DNA of 64,000 bases from Piromyces finnis finn (taxonomy: Eukaryota; Fungi; Neocallimastigomycota): the NCBI GenBank assembly GCA_002104945.1, contig MCFH01000064.1:186001-250000 (forward strand). Direction: 5' to 3'. Shown here one piece after another: positions 46,786-57,300 of the stretch; position 1 is the stretch's first letter; each line of letters opens with the position of its first letter. Under the pieces are notes generated by a model. The model saw only the letters and a program-made list of their open reading frames with translations. It had not been told where the DNA came from and did not search any database. The position numbers were made by a program, and so were the translations under genes.

Positions 46786-47893
46786 ATGAATGAAAATGAT
46801 TTGAATGTTGTAGCGTCCTTCACTAAGGTATATAATTTTTATAGTTATATTTATTTTTCTAGTAGATTAATAGTTATTATTATTAAAAAGAAAAAAGATA
46901 AAAAGTAAAATTATTTAAAATGAATTTGTTAAAATTAAAATTAATATTTTAACAACATTTGAAATTATTTAGAAATAAACTAGATTTGAATTTTTAGTTT
47001 ATGTAATTATGTTAATTAAATTTATTTTTATATTATTGATTTACATTGTTAATAATTTATTTATAGTGTGTTGAGGACCTCCGTTCCGGCAGTAAGAGAA
47101 ACCATCGTATTAGACGTATTCGTCACCGTGCCCAAAAGCGCTCTCGTAAAAATAGAATTACTCAACAAACTGTTGAACCAACTATTGAAAAAATTGTTGA
47201 AAAACCAATTGAAAAGGAAGTTGTACTTCCAGTTAAAAAAGTACGATATAATTTTTATATTAAGATTTTATTATAAAATTTTATTCTAACATATTGATGT
47301 TTTAAAATAAATAAATAGGAAATCTCAGAAGTTGAAATCATTGTTGCACCAACTTTAAAAAGTTCAATAAATAACAATGACAACTTTGAAAAGGTTACTG
47401 TCCCAAAGGTTAAAAATATTAACACGTAAGTTCTTTAAAAATAAGTGTTTAAGTATATATTATATAGAAAATAATTGTAAATCAATTATAATTTATTTAG
47501 AATTAAGAAGAAGGAAACTTCTAAGGTCAGAAATTCTCTTCCTTTAGTTGATCTTTGTCGTGATAGACGTCGCCGTATTTCTTCAATTAAAAAGAACTCA
47601 TCAGAAAATATCAGTAGAAATGATATTGCTTATGCACTTAAACCAAATTACTCAGTTAAAAAAACTGCTAAACAATCTTTTATGCCAACTTGGGCTAAAT
47701 TCTCTCTTTCATGGGTAAATAATAAAATTAAATGTTATAAAATGTAGTAGATTAAAAAAATTTAGATTTTATTCTAATTAAAAAAATATATAATTTAATA
47801 TAGAATAATGAAAGTAGTATTCTCGATTCTTTAAGAAACGTTAAAATTAATTCTCCTTTAAATAATTTACCATTAATTACTCTCGCCGCATAA
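46786..47893 (+). CDS. Orphan basic protein (~208 aa, 5 exons) immediately upstream of TRP2
   Basis: Exons 46786-46827, 47067-47240, 47319-47425, 47501-47714 and 47804-47893 join in frame over four GT-AG introns, two of them with a clear CTAA branch motif. Host-like codons (CGT, GCT, AAG). No recognisable domain; contains KRNHRIRRIRHRAQKRSRK. Confidence 0.75.
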
Positions 47894-47917
47894 ATAATAT
47901 AAATAAAAATAATAACA

Positions 47918-49693
47918 ATGAATGTAATATTAATAAATCTATAATGATTATATGTTTTATATATTTTAGTATTTTTTTTTCATGCATAATTTTAAATAAC
48001 AATTATTGAAATTAATAATTTATCAATATAGAATAATATTAAGCCTACATTCGATGAAATCGTTGAATTGGTAAACTCTAAGAAGGGAAACACCATCCCT
48101 GTTTACCAAGAAATGTCAGCTGATATGTTAACTCCAGTATCTGCTTATCTTAAGATTTCTAATGGTAAGAATTATTCTTTTATGTTAGAATCTATTGAAG
48201 GTGGTGAACAAATTAGCCGTTATTCATTTATTGGTGCTGGTATGTATTTTATTAAAATATAAATAATTGAATTAATACTAATAGACATTGAATTTAATTA
48301 TTAACTATTTTATAAAATAAAAGACCCATACAAGATTATTAGATCCGGAAAGGATGAAGAATTAAAGGGTGATCCACTTGTTCATATTCAAAAAGAAATG
48401 GATAATATTAAATATGTTCCTCTTCAAGGACTTCCACAATTTACTGGTTAGTATAAATATAAAATTCTTAGTAAAAATATAAGTAATAATAAATATTAAT
48501 TTAATATAAAATAAAATCAAAAAGGTGGTGCCATTGGTTACATTGCTTATGATTGCGTTCAATATTTTGAACCAAGAACAGCTTGTGAATTAAAGGATAA
48601 TATTGGTGTACCAGATATGATTATGCTTTTATGTAATACTTTGATTATATTTGATCACTTAAAGCATGTTGTTAAGGTTGTATCTCATATTAAAACTGAA
48701 GATAAGGATCTTTCAAAAGAAGAATTAAAGAAATTATATGATGAAGTTTCTTCTAAAATATTTAAGGTTATTGCTACTCTTCAAAACCCAGAAGTTCCAA
48801 TTCCAGATCAAAAACCAATTATTTTAAATCAAAAACCAGAATCAAACACTGGAAAGGAAGGTTACGAAAGATTTGTTACCGAACTTAAGCGTCATATTAT
48901 TGAAGGTGATATTATTCAAGCCGTTCCATCACAACGTATTAGTAAGAAGACTACTTTACATCCATTTAATGCTTACCGTCATTTACGTAGTATCAATCCA
49001 TCTCCATACATGTTCTATATTGACTTAAAGGAATTCCAAATTGTTGGTGCTTCTCCAGAAATGTTAGTAAAGGTTGATTCTGACAAGTATGTTCATAATC
49101 ATCCAATTGCTGGTACTAGACCACGTGGAAAGACTCCAGAAGAAGATGAAGCTTTAGCTGTTGATCTCTTATCTGATGTTAAAGAATGTGCTGAACATGT
49201 CATGCTTGTTGATCTTGGTAGAAATGATATTAACCGTATTTGTCAACCAAACACTGTTTCTGTAACTTCTTTAATGCATATTGAAAAATACAGTCATGTT
49301 ATGCATATAGTTAGTAATGTCATTGGTAAATTAAGAGATGATAAAACTAGTTATGATGCTTTCCGTTCCATTTTCCCAGCTGGAACATTATCCGGCGCAC
49401 CAAAAATTAAGGCCATGGAATTAATTTATGAACTTGAAAATGAAAGACGTGGTGTTTATGGTGGTGCTGTTGGTCACTTTGATTACTCAGGTGCTCTTGA
49501 CACTTGTATTGCTATCCGTACTATGGTATTTAAGGATGAAACCGTTTATCTCCAAGCTGGTGCTGGTATCGTTTATGATTCAGTTCCAGAAAAAGAATAC
49601 CAAGAAACTTTAAATAAATTAATGGCAAATGTTACTGCTTTAGAAAACGCTGAAAAATTTTATTATAATCAACAACAAGCTAACAAAATATAA
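47918..49693 (+). CDS. TRP2: Anthranilate synthase component I (TrpE homolog), 4 exons, ~501 aa
   Basis: Exons 47918-47923, 48032-48239, 48324-48446, 48525-49693. Motifs LTPVSAYLK, LESIEGGEQISRYSFIG, GGAIGYIAYD, NPSPYMFY, PIAGTRPRG, EHVMLVDLGRND, GTLSGAPK, QAGAGIVYDS. The 6-nt first exon is inferred. Confidence 0.94.
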
Positions 49694-49729
49694 ATAATTA
49701 GTAATAAATAAGAACAGAATATATAAAAA

Positions 49730-52117
49730 ATGACTACATTATTAATTGATAATTACGATAGTTTTACATATAATATCTATCAATATTTATGCCAATTAGG
49801 CGCTAAAGTTGAAGTTTATAGAAATGATAAGATTACTTTGGAAGAATGCATTAAAATTAATCCAAGAAATGTTGTTATTTCTCCAGGTCCAGGTCATCCA
49901 GATAACTCTTCTGGTATTTCAAAGGAAGTAATTAAGTATTTTGAAGGCAAAATTCCTATTTTTGGTGTTTGTTTAGGTGAGCAATGTATGTATTCACTTT
50001 ATGGTGGTACTGTTACCTATACTGGTGAAATTGTTCATGGTAAAACATCACCATTAACCCATGATGGTAAAGGTGTTTTCTCTGGTATTCCACAAGGTGT
50101 TGAAGTAACTCGTTATCATTCATTATCTGGTGATCCAGATACTTTACCTGATTGTTTAGAAATCACTAGTTGGACTGATAGTCGTAAGGTTATGGGTATT
50201 CGTCATAAGAAATATGTAATTGAAGGTGTTCAATTCCATCCTGAAAGTATTGCTAGTGAATATGGTAAAACTTTATTAGCAAACTTTTTAAAGTGGGAAG
50301 GTGGTACTTGGGATTCTCTTAAGATTAGAGATGATTTAATTAATCCAATCAACGAACATATTCCAAGAAATTTAAGATCTAATACTAGTCATCAAGTTTC
50401 ATTACCTTCTACTTCTGGTAAATCAGTTGAAAAGAAAGAGCAAACTATTTTAGAAAAAATTGCCGAACAAAGACGTATTGATGTATCTAAGGCTAAAGCA
50501 ATTCCAGGAAGATCTTCTTACCATCTTGAAAAGAGTATTGCTTTAGGTCTTGCCCCACCAACTATTGATTTCTATGAGAGATTAAAAAGAGGTACAAATC
50601 CAAATGATGATGTTGCTTTAATGGCCGAAGTAAAGAGAGCTTCTCCAAGTAAGGGTAATATTGATATTGTTGCTCATTCAGCTGCCCAAGCTTTAGTTTA
50701 TGCTAAAGGAGGTGCTTCTGCTATTTCAGTACTTACTGAGCCAACCTGGTTTAAAGGAAACTTAAATGATTTGCGTGATGTCAGACAAATTTTAGATAAA
50801 TTACCAGATAGACCAGCTATTTTAAGAAAAGATTTCGTTGTTGATAAATATCAAATTTTAGAAGCTAGATTGTGTGGTGCTGATACTGTTTTATTAATTG
50901 TTAAAATTTTAACAGATGAACAATTATCAGAGTTCATGGCCTTTGCTCGTACTTTATCTATGGAACCATTAGTTGAAGTCAACAATGCTGAAGAAATGGA
51001 AAGAGCTATTAAACTTGGTGCTAAGGTTATTGGTGTTAACAATAGAAATCTTCATACTTTTAATGTTGATCCAAAAACTACAACAAGTCTTGCTAATATG
51101 GTTAATGTTAATAAGGATATCATTTTATGTGCTTTAAGTGGTATTAATTCTAGAGAAGATGCTGAAAACTATATTAATGCTGGTGCTAGAGGTATTTTAG
51201 TTGGTGAAGCTTTAATGCGCGCTGAGAATACTGATAATTTCATTAAGGAATTATTAGGTAGAGTTCCATCTTCTAAAAGTAAAAAGACTGTTGATGAAAT
51301 TATAGAAGAAACATCAGGTGTTCAAAAACCACTTAAAAACAACAATACTTTAGTTAAGATATGTGGTATCAAAAATGTTGAAGATGCTATAGCAACAGCT
51401 GAAGCTGGTGCTGATTTCATTGGTCTTGTATTCTTCGAAAAATCACCAAGATGTGTTACAGTTGAAAAGGCTAAAGAAATTGTTCAAGCTCTTAATAAAT
51501 ATAGAGAAGAAAAATATGGTCCATCTTCATTAACAATTAAATGTGAAATGCCATATCCTGGTGATGCTAGTTTATCTTCTTGGTTCAATACTACTTCTAA
51601 GATCATTAACTTAACATTAGAAAAATGTAAGCCACTTGTTGTTGGTTTATTCGTTAATGAAACTTATGAATACATTAATAATATTGTTTCAGAGGTTGGC
51701 TTAGATATTGTTCAATTACATGGTAAAGAACCACTTGAATTAGCTCGTATGATTCCTGTTCCGGTTCTTAAGGCCTTAAGTATTGGACCAGAAGATACTG
51801 AAAAGGAAATCGTAGAGAATATTAGAAAAGGTAATGGTTTGAATTCAATGTTCTTACTTGATACTAAGGTTGTTAGAAGTGACATTCCAGGAGGTAATGG
51901 TGTTACTTTTAATTGGGATGCTGCTAAAGAAGTTAATAAGATTGTTCCATTCATGGTTGCTGGTGGATTAGATTCATCTAATGTTAAGAAGGCTATTGAA
52001 ATTATGCATCCATGGGCTGTTGATGTTTCAAGTGGTGTTGAAAAGGCTAAAGGTGTCAAGGACATTGAAAAGGTTAAAAAGTTTATTGATGATGTCAAAT
52101 CTGTAAAGAATATTTAA
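49730..52117 (+). CDS. trpC: Trifunctional TrpG (glutamine amidotransferase)-TrpC (IGPS)-TrpF (PRAI), intronless, 795 aa
   Basis: IDNYDSFT, SPGPGHP, GVCLGEQ, GVQFHPES (GATase). EVKRASPSKG, VLTEPTWFKG, RKDF, LVEVNN, GVNNRNL, LVGEALMR (IGPS). VKICGI, VQLHG, LLDT, AGGL, VDVSSGVE (PRAI). Confidence 0.97.
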   Translation: MTTLLIDNYDSFTYNIYQYLCQLGAKVEVYRNDKITLEECIKINPRNVVISPGPGHPDNSSGISKEVIKYFEGKIPIFGVCLGEQCMYSLYGGTVTYTGEIVHGKTSPLTHDGKGVFSGIPQGVEVTRYHSLSGDPDTLPDCLEITSWTDSRKVMGIRHKKYVIEGVQFHPESIASEYGKTLLANFLKWEGGTWDSLKIRDDLINPINEHIPRNLRSNTSHQVSLPSTSGKSVEKKEQTILEKIAEQRRIDVSKAKAIPGRSSYHLEKSIALGLAPPTIDFYERLKRGTNPNDDVALMAEVKRASPSKGNIDIVAHSAAQALVYAKGGASAISVLTEPTWFKGNLNDLRDVRQILDKLPDRPAILRKDFVVDKYQILEARLCGADTVLLIVKILTDEQLSEFMAFARTLSMEPLVEVNNAEEMERAIKLGAKVIGVNNRNLHTFNVDPKTTTSLANMVNVNKDIILCALSGINSREDAENYINAGARGILVGEALMRAENTDNFIKELLGRVPSSKSKKTVDEIIEETSGVQKPLKNNNTLVKICGIKNVEDAIATAEAGADFIGLVFFEKSPRCVTVEKAKEIVQALNKYREEKYGPSSLTIKCEMPYPGDASLSSWFNTTSKIINLTLEKCKPLVVGLFVNETYEYINNIVSEVGLDIVQLHGKEPLELARMIPVPVLKALSIGPEDTEKEIVENIRKGNGLNSMFLLDTKVVRSDIPGGNGVTFNWDAAKEVNKIVPFMVAGGLDSSNVKKAIEIMHPWAVDVSSGVEKAKGVKDIEKVKKFIDDVKSVKNI

Positions 52118-52638
52118 TTTATAAACTAAAAACAAAAAAATATAATAAAAAGTAAAAAATTGGCATAAAGTATTAAAAAATAATAATACTAAAAATAGAT
52201 GCATATAATTAAAAATTAAATAAGATGTTAAATATTAAATGTAAAATTATTAAAAAGAATTAAATTATAAAATAATCTTTAAAAACAAGTATTTATTATT
52301 GATACAATTAAAAATAATTAAAAATGTATTTTTTTTAATAAATTATTGAATAAACTTTACATATATATATATATATATAAACATTACTTCATTTTTTATT
52401 GCATTATAAGAAGGGATCTTATATACCTAAATATTTGAATATTTTCTTTATTTTTTATTAATATGTTTATTATAGAAATTAAAAAAAAATCATTATTAAC
52501 CAATCACATTTAAAGTTATATTTTTTTCAGTTTTTTTTTTAAAATTAATTTTTTTTTTTTTAAAAATAAATATTATTATTTAAATAATAATTATTTATTC
52601 TTTATTTTATTAATAAATATTAATAAAATTTATTAAAA

Positions 52639-55600
52639 ATGGCAAGAAAAAAGGGAAATAGAAAACCAGTTCAAAAAAGTGAATTTTCAGATGAAGAAGA
52701 TTTTAAAACTGGAGCTTCATTAAATCGTTGGGAAACTGCAGATGATGTTGAATTAGATTCCGAGGATGAATGTAAATTATTAAACCAATACAATTAAATT
52801 TTAATATTATCAGTAAAAATAATGTTACATTTAAATTGATAATTAATTTTCAATGTATTCCCAAATTTATCGTAGTAAATATTAATAATTTAAATTTGTT
52901 ATATATTATTTTATTGGCATAATGATTTCATTAGTTCACAAACAACGTGAAATGATTGATTTAGGAGAAGATTATAATGAAGAAAGTGAAGAAGGTATAT
53001 ATAAGGAATAATTAAAATTTAAATTAAATAAACATTATTATTATTTAAAATACATTAAAACATAAAATGTATTTTCTTATTAAGATATAAATAATATTAA
53101 TAATTATTTGTTAATTTAATAAAATTTAATAAATTAAAAAAAAAAAAAAAATTAACAGAAGAAGGAAATGATGAAGTTTTTGGTTTAGATGGTGTTTCAA
53201 GTGATGAAGATGATGAAGAAGCTGATTTGGGTATTTACAAAGTTCAAAATAATGATGATATTATTGAAAAAGAAAAATACAAAGGTAATTAAAATATTAT
53301 ATTTATACTTTTTGAATAAAAAAGTCAATTGTTTTATGAGAAATATATATATTGAGATTATAATACAATAATAACAATAATATTAACAATAACAATAATA
53401 ACAATAGAAATTGATGAAAAGGCTTGGGGTAAAAGAAGAAATACATATTATAATGCAGATGATGCAGATGCAGATGATGAAGTTGCTAAAGAAGAAGAAT
53501 ATGAAGCTATTCGTTTACAAAAAGAAAGAATGGAACAATTGGATGAAGAAGATTTCTTAGACGATAGTTTTGCAGCTCAATTATCAGGAAAATCAGGAAT
53601 TGTAAATTTTAAAATAAAAAGCAAACATATAGGATTTATATATCTAAAAAAAAACATATTTCTTAAGAAGGGGAATTTATAAAAATTAATATAAATAATT
53701 TATATATATATTTTATTTGAAATTTATTATAGGATCTTGATATAGAAAAAGAAGAAGAAAGTGAAGAAGATGAAGAACAATTAGAAATTGCAAACAAAAA
53801 TTTAAAAGCTAATATTTCAAAAATGTCTAAGGATGAACAATTATCAATAATTTTCAATCAAACTCCGGAAATGTTAGAATTGATTGAAGATTACAAGGAA
53901 AAGTTAAGTGAATTAAAAGAAAAAATTATACCAATATTAAATATGATAGAAAAAGATGAAATAAGAAATTCATTAGAAAAGAAAACTGTTAAATATCTCA
54001 AATTTAAATATCGTAAATATCTAAATCAATAATATTATTATATTTTTATATATAAACTTAATTATGAAAATAAAAAAATATATATATTAAAATTTCCCCT
54101 TTTTTCAATATTAAAATTAAAATTATATATATATATTATTTATTTTGCATTTATCAAACATTTATATTTGCTATATAAAATTTTATGCAATTTAATTAAT
54201 ATTGCTTATTCAACGATAACTCATTATTTAATTAATTTAAACAAAAACATTTTGAAAGAACTTATCTTCTCATATTTAACAAACATTTCATTTTATTTGG
54301 TTTTAAGATCATCATCTTCAGCTAATAAAATAAAGGATCATCCAGTTATTAGTACTTTAGTAGACATTAAATTAATCTTAGATAAAGTTGAAAAGGAAGT
54401 TGAAGGAAAAGAAGAAGAAAAGAAAAAGAAAAAGAAGCGTAGTCAACCAAAAGAAAAAACGATTATTGCAAAAATGATTGAAGAATTAGAAAGACAAGTA
54501 ACTGAAGGTAGACCAAAGGATGATAGTGAAGAAATTTCTAAGAAATTATTAGCAGAAGTTCATGAAGAATTTAGTAATGAAGAAGAAGAACAAGAAATTG
54601 AAGAAAATGAAGAAGAAAAGGATGAAGAAGAAGAAGAAGAAGAAACAATATCATCAATTCTATCTGGTGAAAATAAGAAAAAGAATAAGAGTGGAAAACA
54701 TGTTCAAATTTCTGAAGAAGTTCAAGAATATAGTGATAGTGATTATGAAGAAAGATTCATATCCTTAAAAACTAATGATAAAAAATCAAAGAGTAAGAAG
54801 GAAAAGAAATCTGAAGACTTTAATGAAGCTAAGATTAATGAAGATGATGATGAATTTGATGAAGGTGATAAGAAGAAGAATAGTTTAAGATTCCATGCTT
54901 CTAATATTAATAAGGTAATTATAAAATTCATTTGATATTGATTAATCATATATAATCATATATGTATAACATTATTTAAATATATATTTATTGTAATTCT
55001 TTGTAATTCATTTTTTATACAAATTTTTTAAACAATAAACATAATGATTACATAGACATTAAATAAATTATCAGGAAAGAAATCCACTGGTGATTTAGAT
55101 GTACCATATAAAAGAAAGGACAAGAAAGAAATTTCAGCAGAAGTTAAGAAGTCAAGAGAAAGTGCTGACGCTGATATATTTGATGATACCGATGATTTAG
55201 ATCTTAACGAAGGTTTAGATTTAAATAGCAACTTAAGATCAAATAAGCGTCCAAGAGAAGAAGATGAAGAAATTGATAATGATTATGTTGATGACTTTGA
55301 TGATGAAGATCTTAAATACTATGAAGATATTAACAATGCTTCTAAGGAAAAGAAGAGAATTAAGGAAGAAAACTTTAGAAAGATTAAGCAAGAATTATTA
55401 GAAGAAAGGTAATTTTACTTTAAAAAGATATTTTATAAAATGCAATTTAATTTGAGCATATATAATTTATAAAATTTATGTTCGAGTGTTAATATATATA
55501 TTTTTAAATTATTATTTCTATTATTACAGTATGATTGATGAAAATGATCTTGCTCCAGGTGAAAAGAGACACATTAATAGAACTATAGAAAAGAACCGTG

Positions 55601-55791
55601 GTTTGACTCCACACCGTAAACGTGAAAAGAAGAACCCACGTGTCAAGCATCGTAAGAACTACGAAAAGGCAATGATTAAATTGAAGAGTTTCCGTCGTGT
55701 TGCTGTTAATAAGAATGATGTTGGTCCATATGCTGGTGAAACTACTGGTATTAAAACTAAACTATCGAGAAGTGTTCGTTTCACCAATTAA
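52639..55791 (+). CDS. SAS10: Sas10/Utp3 U3 snoRNP (SSU processome) protein, multi-exon
   Basis: Acidic N-terminal exons, and a C-terminal domain KRHINRTIEKNRGLTPHRKREKKNPRVKHRKNYEKA...YAGETTGIKTKLSRSVRF. Not all internal splice sites were verified. Confidence 0.9.
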
Positions 55792-56383
55792 AACTAACTT
55801 ATTCATTTTTAGTTGGCATAAGATTATAAGTTATTTTTTTATTATTATTATCATTATAATTTTTTTTTCCTTTATATTCAAACCATAATGAAATAAGAAA
55901 AGAATTTCAAAAAAAAAAAAAAAAAAAAAAATAAAAAAAAAAAAAAATAAAATTATTTTAAATAATATTAATACTTTGAGCAATAATTATTTAAAGATAA
56001 ATAACCAAAAACAAAAAAGTTTAAAATCTTTTTTTTTTTTTTTTTTTTTTTTAAATATTTAAAAGATTAGTAATAAAATGTTTTTTTTTTTTAATTTTAT
56101 ATAATCATTTTTTTTTCTTTCATTAAATTATAAATAAAGCAAATAATATAAAATACATCGAATTATTAGCATGAATGAATTATTAATAAAGAATAATAAA
56201 AAATAATTAATATTATATATATAAAAAAGACAATTTTCAATTTTCAACTATAACTTTTTTTTTTTTTTTTGGATTTATACTAATAATACTATATAGTTAT
56301 TTATTGATTAAATCGTTGTTTTAGTTTAAATTATTTTAGTAAAATTTCAATAATAATAACAACACTAATAATTTTAAATTATT

Positions 56384-56416
<33 letters not shown>

Positions 56417-56449
56417 CTTTAGAAAAAGGTTTAACAATAATAATTCAAT

Positions 56450-57300
56450 TGAATGAAAAGAACTTATTAAACTTTGCAAGTATCATCTTACCCCAGGTTT
56501 TTATGAAATAATTTTGTTAGATTTATGAGGCTAAGTTCAATTGGAAGTCATATTTTTAGTATATTAGGGATCTTTCTTATTTTTTATTCATTTATAAATT
56601 AATAAATTAAAGGTTAAAAAGGTTTACTTTTATTTTAAAAAAAAATTTCTTACTAATATTATACTGATTATGATTTGTAATTTTTATACAATGATCGATT
56701 TGAATAAGTATTCTAGATACAGAATTAGACCAACTATTACTAGGAAGTTAGAGAAGAATTCCAAATTGAAGAATGAAATAATAATTATAATATCATACAC
56801 AAGGATTTATTATCAAGTAATAAGAAAAATTAGAGGATTTTTCTTTCTCTTTATTCATTATATAATTTTCTTTTTTTATATATTTTCAATTTTTATTTAA
56901 ATATGTTTATTATAATAAAATTTCATATTACTAAAGTCTAGTCATTATAAAATTTCATATATCATATACACTATATAATTTTAGTATATTATTTTTACAA
57001 TCACCATGAATGAAACCTATATAATATCCCTTTCCTTTATCCTTTATGTGGTGAATCTTCACATGAATAATTTACTTCACATGAATGTCTAGCAAATGCA
57101 GTTGCTATTAAGAAAACTAACGATAATACGTACTTTAAATACATTTGGCAAATAAATTTATATAGAATATAAGAAAGAATATTTCAATTTTTGAGAAATA
57201 TATGTAACTATGGATGACAAAATGTTTATCATTAAAAATCAACAAATCAAAAATATACATTAAAAGAGGGTAATAAAGTATTAATGTATGACTGAATATT
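56450..57300 (+). pseudogene. Possible heavily decayed coding relic, perhaps the C-terminus of a non-LTR retrotransposon ORF2
   Basis: Slightly GC-richer patch with stop-riddled protein-like translation, including YPLCGESSHE*FTSHEC, which resembles a degenerate zinc knuckle. Confidence 0.25.

Noticed and set aside
47690-47714. Two Trp codons in the leader ORF as a trpL-type attenuator
   Set aside because: 2 of 208 codons is not enriched and they are not adjacent; bacterial attenuation also needs transcription-translation coupling.
49691-49732. TRP2-trpC read-through fusion or sequencing error
   Set aside because: The 36-nt spacer is in frame but contains two more TAA codons, is AT-rich like a UTR, and both proteins have complete termini.
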